From a virus: a stretch of 6,551 nt of DNA. Under the pieces are notes generated by a model, which did not search any database, was not told the origin of the DNA, and worked only from the letters and a program-made list of their open reading frames with translations. The translations under genes were made by a program, and so were the position numbers. The stretch lies in the IMG/VR virus record IMGVR_UViG_3300045988_001082, positions 1 through 6,551 of that record; one strand, given 5' to 3'. Positions 1 through 4,259 of this stretch are shown here, piece after piece; positions within the stretch are counted from its first letter, which is position 1, and every line of letters begins with the position of its first letter.

Positions 1-36
1 CGCATCAAACGTAGCGTCAAAAATGTTTTGTGCCAT
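1..36 (-). CDS. VP1: Duplicated 5' end (first 12 codons, MAQNIFDATFDA) of the VP1 gene, an artefact of the circular permutation
   Basis: Position 36 corresponds to 6460 (offset 6424). The sequence is identical to the VP1 start region at the other end of the window. Confidence 0.8.
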   Translation of the reverse strand, partial: MAQNIFDATFDA

Positions 37-127
37 TAAATTGAGGTTTAATTGTTAATGAATCTACCTTTTGCTGAGTAGTTTGTTGAGAATCTTGTTT
101 TGAATTAGAATTTTTCCAAAACACAGA
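1..127. repeat. Terminal direct repeat: bases 1-127 are identical to 6425-6551. This is circular-permutation redundancy of a 6424-nt circular genome, not an att site.
   Basis: Direct comparison shows every base of 1-127 equals 6425-6551. The repeat carries the VP1 start codon (36 = 6460) and the 3' end of the 71-aa ORF, so it is coding sequence duplicated by linearising a circle. Confidence 0.9.
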
Positions 128-232
128 CATAGACGCAGTACAAGATTGCACTGTAAGAGCAGTAATCACACCAATAATGAATGTAGAAATAAGCTGTACA
201 AGCTTAATCCACTGGGTAGGAGTAATTTTCAT
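17..232 (-). CDS. Hypothetical small membrane protein, 71 aa, with one predicted transmembrane helix (IKLVQLISTFIIGVITALTV) and a polar Q/S/T-rich C-terminus. Its 3' end overlaps the VP1 start by 20 nt.
   Basis: An ORF in the track. Its start is coupled to the upstream ORF by ATGA. It is the last of the coupled small-ORF chain and ends inside the VP1 5' end (also seen as 6441-6551 at the other end). No homology is recognised. Confidence 0.45.
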   Translation of the reverse strand: MKITPTQWIKLVQLISTFIIGVITALTVQSCTASMSVFWKNSNSKQDSQQTTQQKVDSLTIKPQFNGTKHF

Positions 233-393
233 AATTTTTCAAGAATTAATAAAACATCATAACCTATATTAGCATCCTGCAATAACTTACGAAAACGTTC
301 AGCAGATGAAGGACGGCTAAATATACCAAGACTTATGATAAATTCTTCTTGAAGATTTTCTCTTTTAATGAATTTTACACTAGTTTTATACAT
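229..393 (-). CDS. Hypothetical small protein, 54 aa (MYKTSVKFIKRENLQEEFIISLGIFSRPSSAERFRKLLQDANIGYDVLLILEKL). It is the C-terminal two-thirds of the 92-aa track ORF (229-507), restarted at an internal Met.
   Basis: Its ATG (393-391) lies 1 nt after the TAA of the 59-aa ORF. Its TGA overlaps the next ATG as ATGA (229-232). The alternative model is the full 92-aa ORF, whose N-terminal 38 aa are strongly hydrophobic but overlap the 59-aa ORF out of frame. Confidence 0.35.
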   Translation of the reverse strand: MYKTSVKFIKRENLQEEFIISLGIFSRPSSAERFRKLLQDANIGYDVLLILEKL

Positions 394-394
394 A

Positions 395-574
395 TTAATA
401 CATTTCCTTAAAGAATGAAACATGAAACACATTTTGAGAATTAGATAAACGGCGAGCATAAGCACGAGCGTCATTAATAGACATTTGAGTTTTCTTGCGA
501 TACTCATGAGGCTTCAGTTGGCCAGATTTAGGGTCACGCCAAGCAATTTCAAAAATAAATGTGTATTTATTCAT
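395..574 (-). CDS. Hypothetical small basic protein, 59 aa (MNKYTFIFEIAWRDPKSGQLKPHEYRKKTQMSINDARAYARRLSNSQNVFHVSFFKEMY)
   Basis: The start overlaps the stop of the 57-aa ORF (ATGAATAA). It ends with a TAA that lies 1 nt before the next ATG. The composition is protein-like. It competes with the 92-aa alternate-frame ORF 229-507 in the track. Confidence 0.4.
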   Translation of the reverse strand: MNKYTFIFEIAWRDPKSGQLKPHEYRKKTQMSINDARAYARRLSNSQNVFHVSFFKEMY

Positions 575-739
575 GATACCAATTATTTAATAAAAATTCA
601 GGACATATACCAACAATAGTAGCGCCAGATTTAGAGCTAAAAGCATCAGCAATAGAAATAGCATCCGATAAAGATTCAACGTCAACACGAACATTGTCAT
701 AACCAAGAGTCGAACAATAAAAAATAATATACTTTTTCA
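566..739 (-). CDS. Hypothetical small protein, 57 aa (MKKYIIFYCSTLGYDNVRVDVESLSDAISIADAFSSKSGATIVGICPEFLLNNWYHE). It is below the track cutoff and was found by hand translation.
   Basis: It is the first ATG after an in-frame stop. Its stop overlaps the next ORF's start as ATGAATAA. The composition is protein-like. The coding sense has a TAtcTTTG motif upstream (780-787). Confidence 0.4.
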
Positions 740-779
740 TAACACATAAATTAAATTAGTATTCCTTTTTCTTACACTA

Positions 780-787
780 CAAAGATA
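780..787 (-). promoter_or_regulatory. Candidate Bacteroidetes-type -7 element TAtcTTTG (coding sense), 40 nt upstream of the first small ORF (start at 739), just after the VP4 stop
   Basis: An exact TAnnTTTG match in the 93-nt spacer between the VP4 stop and the small-ORF cassette. No convincing -33 TTTG is present. Confidence 0.25.
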
Positions 788-832
788 AGGATTATATTGT
801 TAATAAAGTGTTAATTGATTATTAAATCTAGC

Positions 833-2188
833 TTAAATCTTCTCTTTTCTATAATGTTTATACATTTTCTCACGAACATCGTAAGAGGCTTTCTTAATAT
901 TAAGCTCTTCACGCATAGCCATACGGGCGTTAATAGCGGCCTGTTGGAGAGCATTCATTTGCAATGATTTTTCATGCTTCAGGACTTGAGAAGAATCAAA
1001 AAACACAAGAGCAGTAGAAAGACAATCAAGCGCATAAGAAAATGCTTTATAATATAGATCCTCATAAACAGTCTGTGAACAGAATTGAGGAAGATAATAT
1101 TTTATGAATGTATCATTTATAACAGTTTTATAAGGGTTATAATACGGAGTTTTGCCAGTCATACGAACGAGGCGAAGATATTCCTCAGGGTAAGTAAACT
1201 TAAACGATAGTTTGTATTGCTTATGAAGATAACGAGCAACTTCAAACCAACGTACAGTATCCTTAAAGTGTTTAATAAAATTAGGGTCATAGCACATTGA
1301 GGTAGAAGGCATAAATTTCATTCGATAGTAACGAGGCAGCATAGTAGTAAGAGATTGACCGGTATATATATTGATAACAGACATATCACATGTATCGGGC
1401 TGTTGTTCATAGAAGGCGCGAAGTTGTTCAGCATAAGCAGAACCAATACCACCGTTTTTGCGAGAAGCAAGCATAAATGTAGGGTTCATACCTTCAGGGG
1501 CACACTCACGTTTACCCATGTATTTCATGACATAATTGATACCACCATTAATAACAGGAACACAATAAGCAAAACCAATAGACCTAGTAACAGGTGATCC
1601 ATCAGGATTGTACTCACCAGTAGGACGACGCCAGCAGCTTTCAATGAGCGTAAGTCGCGAGTATGCGGTTTCGAAGTTATCAGGGAAATTCCATAATATA
1701 ATATGATAGTGAGGACGTTTAGACCAATGTCCGTACTCAGAAACTGCAATATAGCGAAGGTTATGAGAAATACCACGTCTATCCAGTTTAGTACGAAGGC
1801 GTTTAAAAAAGAGTTGGATTTCTTCGGGAAAGACTCCATTTTTCGGTAGATGTTCATTGTTGTAAGTAAGAGTTATAAAATAGGCTTGTTTATTAGAGGT
1901 ATATGATTCACAGAGGGCACGAAATGACCATTGCTGGGCCTTCTTTTCATTACAAAGAGCACATTTGTTACAGGGAACAATCAAAAACATTGGAAATGTT
2001 TCGCCAGTAGCAGGATTTACAATAGTATATTTATCAATATTGTTTTTATTGACATGGTTTTTATTCACATGAAGAACGGAGCCGTGATATACTCCGGAAG
2101 GCATTGTAAACGTACGATACTTTTGTATCAACTTAGAGGCATGTGGATGCCAAATTACTTTCGGGTCTTCGCAGTAGATATTATTCAT
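833..2188 (-). CDS. VP4: Rolling-circle replication initiation protein (VP4; phiX174 gene A superfamily, HUH endonuclease), 451 aa
   Basis: Motif I is FITLTY (aa 104-109, nt 1862-1879). Motif II is HUH, HYHIILW (aa 160-166, nt 1691-1711). Motif III has two catalytic tyrosines, YVMKYMGK (aa 219-223, nt 1520-1534). There is also a CNKCALC (CxxCxxC) cluster at aa 73-79. This is the typical Microviridae Rep architecture. Confidence 0.9.
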   Translation of the reverse strand: MNNIYCEDPKVIWHPHASKLIQKYRTFTMPSGVYHGSVLHVNKNHVNKNNIDKYTIVNPATGETFPMFLIVPCNKCALCNEKKAQQWSFRALCESYTSNKQAYFITLTYNNEHLPKNGVFPEEIQLFFKRLRTKLDRRGISHNLRYIAVSEYGHWSKRPHYHIILWNFPDNFETAYSRLTLIESCWRRPTGEYNPDGSPVTRSIGFAYCVPVINGGINYVMKYMGKRECAPEGMNPTFMLASRKNGGIGSAYAEQLRAFYEQQPDTCDMSVINIYTGQSLTTMLPRYYRMKFMPSTSMCYDPNFIKHFKDTVRWFEVARYLHKQYKLSFKFTYPEEYLRLVRMTGKTPYYNPYKTVINDTFIKYYLPQFCSQTVYEDLYYKAFSYALDCLSTALVFFDSSQVLKHEKSLQMNALQQAAINARMAMREELNIKKASYDVREKMYKHYRKEKI

Positions 2189-2318
2189 AATAAATAGTTT
2201 TAGCGGACGGAAGCCGCACTTTGAGCAAATCGTAACTTTTCCGGTGGAAATAAATCACAGATTTAGAAGGTGTGTCAGTTACTACATACTTATCGAGTTA
2301 CGGCGGTACGATTTTGGA

Positions 2319-2350
2319 ATAAATCGTGAAAAGCCGGGGGACACCCGGCT
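2319..2350 (-). terminator. Candidate intrinsic terminator. A GC-rich hairpin (stem agccggg 2332-2338 with cccggct 2344-2350, 5-nt loop) is followed on the coding strand by TTTTCACGATTTATT.
   Basis: A perfect 7-bp GC-rich stem lies 6 nt after the VP2 stop codon (2356-2358). The T-run is on the minus strand, which is the transcribed sense. It sits between the structural module and the replication gene. The U-tract is short (4 T then C), so confidence is only moderate. Confidence 0.4.
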
Positions 2351-2355
2351 AATCA

Positions 2356-3243
2356 TTAACGGAATCCAATTGGAGACATAGACTTTCCAAGGAAACCACC
2401 TTTTTGCAGAGAAGTTGTAGCACCAGCAAATTGACCAACGGCAAACGAAATAGAATTAATCCAAGTTGTAGCAACATTAGTAGCGCGTTCAGTTGAGTCC
2501 CAGTTTTTAGCCTGATCAAAATTGAATTTAGCATGCTGATTCGAGATATCAATACCCGTTTGTCTGTATAACTCTGTCATAGTCTGTTCACTAGCCAACA
2601 TACCTTGCTTCTTTTGCATATAAGTAGACGCATTCAGGTTCATTACACGAGCCAACTGGGTAGCCATCATGTCTTGCACTTCAGCAGCATTAAGAGCAAT
2701 ACGAGAATTGCTCTCTTTCATCTCCTGATATGTCTTCTTACACAAGAGTTCGAATTCCTGAGAACGCAAGTACCTATCAAATTTCATCTGAACTATCTTC
2801 TCATCTATTTCATGCTGTTGAGACTTCATTGTATTAATACGTTCACGAGCTTCAGCCATGGCAACGTCAATTTCTTGAAGTTTCTTAGCAGCTACTTCAG
2901 CTTCCGCATGATTTAACTGTCCGAGCTCATGATTCACATAGATAGTTGAGTTATTGAGCTCAATATCACTTTCAGTACGAGCCTTACGCAGTAAATAATC
3001 AGCTGTAAGTAAACTTTCTTCAGTATCCGTTTTCTTACTCTGCGATTCAGCAAGACGAGCTTGAGCAGCTTTCAATCCAGTATCAGCAGCAATTTGCGCA
3101 GTCTGTCCGTAAGTATTCGTAGGTATCACATTAAACCGAGGTGTAGGAGCTTGTGCAGGAGCTTCAGGAGCAGTTGCATTTCCTATATCACCACGAGAGT
3201 ACATTAAATCCGGATTTAATCCGGCGTCTTTCAAACGTTGCAT
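2356..3243 (-). CDS. VP2: DNA pilot / minor capsid protein (VP2, H-like), coiled-coil body, 295 aa. It probably continues from the 3231-3506 ORF through a +1 frame change.
   Basis: Long Q/E/K/A-rich predicted coiled-coil (AEAEVAAKKLQEIDVAMAEARERINTMKSQQHEIDEKIVQMKFDRYLRSQEFELL...), as in the H/VP2 pilot proteins. It starts MQRLKDAGLNPDLMY, which I recall as resembling a conserved VP2 block (K-x-AGLNP-x-L-x-Y). In this frame a TAA lies 8 codons upstream of the ATG. Confidence 0.7.
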   Translation of the reverse strand: MQRLKDAGLNPDLMYSRGDIGNATAPEAPAQAPTPRFNVIPTNTYGQTAQIAADTGLKAAQARLAESQSKKTDTEESLLTADYLLRKARTESDIELNNSTIYVNHELGQLNHAEAEVAAKKLQEIDVAMAEARERINTMKSQQHEIDEKIVQMKFDRYLRSQEFELLCKKTYQEMKESNSRIALNAAEVQDMMATQLARVMNLNASTYMQKKQGMLASEQTMTELYRQTGIDISNQHAKFNFDQAKNWDSTERATNVATTWINSISFAVGQFAGATTSLQKGGFLGKSMSPIGFR

Positions 3244-3506
3244 CTGGCAGCAGGTGAATTGTAAGAGTTATTTTTCTCATACATTTGTTCAATCCATTGC
3301 TGTTGTGCGAGACGTTCTTCACGAGCGAATTTACTTTCACGCTCGAATGCTTCAGCGGACTGCTTACGATTACTTTTATTTCCGAAAAAGCTACTGATAG
3401 CAGATATGGCGGCACCTCCGATGCCGCCAATTACTGTACCTAAACCTGGGGAAATAGCGGAACCAAGAGCAGCACCAGAAGCAGCACCAGCACCAACATT
3501 TGCCAT
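3231..3506 (-). CDS. VP2: N-terminal segment of the DNA pilot / minor capsid protein (VP2, phiX174 H-like): a glycine-zipper-rich hydrophobic N-terminus, 91 aa
   Basis: MANVGAGAASGAALGSAISPGLGTVIGGIGGAAISAISSFFG resembles the Gly/Ala-rich transmembrane N-terminus of phiX174 H (MFGAIAGGIASALAGGAMSKLFGGG). The ORF ends 13 nt inside the next ORF, in another frame. Confidence 0.6.
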   Translation of the reverse strand: MANVGAGAASGAALGSAISPGLGTVIGGIGGAAISAISSFFGNKSNRKQSAEAFERESKFAREERLAQQQWIEQMYEKNNSYNSPAARCNV

Positions 3507-3508
3507 AA

Positions 3509-3832
3509 TCAGTTGTTTTGAGGATTAATATACTTATCACCGAATTTCTTCTGACGAAGAACTTGCAGAGCTTTACGCTGGGAAGCTTTTTCCATTTCCC
3601 AGGCAGTAGCCATATCCATATCACGGCGGAATTGAGGATCTATATTCCAAGAGGCATCACCATTAACGTCAATAAAATTTACATTCATAGGTGAAACGGG
3701 AATACCACGTTTTGCCATTTCAGCTACTTGTTGAGGTGTTAAACCTAGATTAGGTTTAGTTCTTTCAAAATCTTTTTGTACATCAAAATTACATTCAACA
3801 GATTTGTAATCCGGTTTTGTATTTCTAGCCAT
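3509..3832 (-). CDS. Hypothetical protein, 107 aa. Its position immediately upstream of the pilot-protein gene makes it a candidate internal scaffolding protein (VP3-like), but this is unproven.
   Basis: An ORF in the track with a balanced, protein-like composition. Its stop is 2 nt before the next start (TGA tt ATG). No Shine-Dalgarno sequence is present. The function is inferred from position only. Confidence 0.5.
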   Translation of the reverse strand: MARNTKPDYKSVECNFDVQKDFERTKPNLGLTPQQVAEMAKRGIPVSPMNVNFIDVNGDASWNIDPQFRRDMDMATAWEMEKASQRKALQVLRQKKFGDKYINPQNN

Positions 3833-3860
3833 AATTGTATAATTTAAAAGTTTACATTAC

Positions 3861-3894
3861 GCAACAAAGTTGCTATTAATTTGCGTTTCACGCA
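3861..3894. other. Two small stem-loops 40-60 nt upstream of the 107-aa ORF start: gcaac-aaa-gttgc (3861-3873) and tgcg-tttca-cgca (3882-3894)
   Basis: A perfect 5-bp and a perfect 4-bp stem read directly from the sequence. Their function is unknown; they might be ssDNA structural signals or an operator. Confidence 0.4.
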
Positions 3895-3932
3895 GAGGGA
3901 AAATACTTTTCCCTTTTAATCTTACGATATTG

Positions 3933-3940
3933 CAAAGGTA
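3933..3940 (-). promoter_or_regulatory. Candidate Bacteroidetes-type -7 promoter element TAccTTTG (coding sense), about 100 nt upstream of the 107-aa ORF. An aTTG lies 21 nt further upstream (weak -33).
   Basis: Matches the TAnnTTTG consensus of Bacteroidetes sigma-A promoters. The -33 TTTG is only partial. No Shine-Dalgarno sequence is present upstream of any gene in the window. Confidence 0.25.
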
Positions 3941-3969
3941 GGTATGTGCGCGCGACAAGTCCAATGAAC

Positions 3970-4033
3970 CTAGTACTAATAATTGATTAAATATTATAAC
4001 AAGGTTCTAATATTTAACAATTATTACTACTAG
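3970..4033. repeat. Imperfect inverted repeat. Arm ctagtactaataattg (3970-3985) pairs with arm caattattactactag (4018-4033) at 15/16 positions. A nested 7-bp inverted repeat, ggttcta (4003-4009) with tagaacc (4031-4037), competes for the second arm.
   Basis: The reverse complement of 4018-4033 is ctagtagtaataattg, one mismatch against 3970-3985. The reverse complement of 4031-4037 equals 4003-4009, and this pairing extends to about 9-10 bp with one bulge. Confidence 0.7.
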
Positions 4034-4097
4034 AACCCTTGGAGCAAGTCACACACACATGCCTTAAAGATGCAATGTCGGAAGAAAAAAGAAAAAA

Positions 4098-4259
4098 TTA
4101 TTTTCTAGGAGTACAGAGCTCATAAACAGCAAGTGAGGCATATTTAGAAGACAAAGACGTGTAATAATCTACCATTTCATCATAAGTCATACATTTAAAT
4201 TCCTCAACAAACGGTTTATAAACATCAATAGAATACCTAAACAAATAATAATTTCTCAT
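4098..4259 (-). CDS. Hypothetical small protein (53 aa: MRNYYLFRYSIDVYKPFVEEFKCMTYDEMVDYYTSLSSKYASLAVYELCTPRK). It is below the 60-aa track cutoff and was found by hand translation.
   Basis: Its ATG overlaps the VP1 stop as TAATG (1-nt overlap at 4259), a classic translational-coupling arrangement. The composition is protein-like and it ends with TAA at 4098-4100. No homology is recognised. Confidence 0.4.
   Translation of the reverse strand: MRNYYLFRYSIDVYKPFVEEFKCMTYDEMVDYYTSLSSKYASLAVYELCTPRK

Larger units (their letters stand above)
3833..4097. promoter_or_regulatory. Main non-coding region (265 nt) between the small ORF downstream of VP1 and the 107-aa ORF. It probably carries an origin, packaging signal or promoter.
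   Basis: No ORF is credible on either strand. The region contains nested inverted repeats (3970-3985 with 4018-4033, and 4003-4009 with 4031-4037), GCGCGCG (3948-3954), (CA)5 (4050-4059), two small hairpins (3861-3873, 3882-3894), a TAccTTTG motif and a TGnTATAAT motif on the coding-sense strand. Confidence 0.5.

Noticed and set aside
1-127. The 127-bp direct repeats as prophage att sites or terminal repeats of a linear element
   Set aside because: The repeat includes the VP1 start codon and the end of the upstream ORF. It simply reflects linearisation of a circular 6424-nt genome with overlap. No host-like flank is present.
1355-1597. Plus-strand ORFs in the track (1355-1597, 1931-2197, 2605-2916, 5561-5746, 6207-6389)
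   Set aside because: All lie antisense to long, well-supported genes (VP4, VP2, VP1). Microviridae genomes are transcribed from one strand only. The sequences are low-complexity or odd in composition. They are most likely spurious.
1525-1857. 110-aa hydrophobic minus-strand ORF embedded in VP4 in an alternate frame
   Set aside because: Same reasoning as above: an alternate-frame artefact inside the conserved Rep motif region, with no supporting signals.
2349-2552. 67-aa minus-strand ORF overlapping the VP2 C-terminus
   Set aside because: An alternate frame of a well-supported gene. It would have to start inside the terminator hairpin. Hydrophobic and low complexity.
3188-3624. Alternate-frame minus-strand ORFs 3188-3430 (80 aa) and 3391-3624 (77 aa, Cys/Trp-rich)
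   Set aside because: They overlap the VP2 N-terminal ORF and the 107-aa ORF out of frame. The compositions are implausible (CWCWCCFWCC). They are judged spurious.
3961-4040. Possible dif-like XerC/XerD site (28 bp, two 11-bp arms around a 6-bp spacer) in the NCR, as used by Bacteroidetes microvirus proviruses
   Set aside because: A 22-bp candidate at 3982-4003 (aattgattaaatattataacaa) pairs with its own reverse complement at only about 10 of 22 positions. The long inverted repeat has a 32-nt spacer, far too long for a dif core. There is no convincing match from sequence alone, though a search with host dif consensus could revisit this.
4081-4110. T-rich tract after the 53-aa ORF stop (TAATTTTTTCTTTTTTCTTCC on the coding strand) as an intrinsic terminator
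   Set aside because: There is no GC-rich hairpin immediately upstream; only an AT-only stem (agaaaa/ttttct) is possible. This is weaker evidence than the hairpin after VP2.
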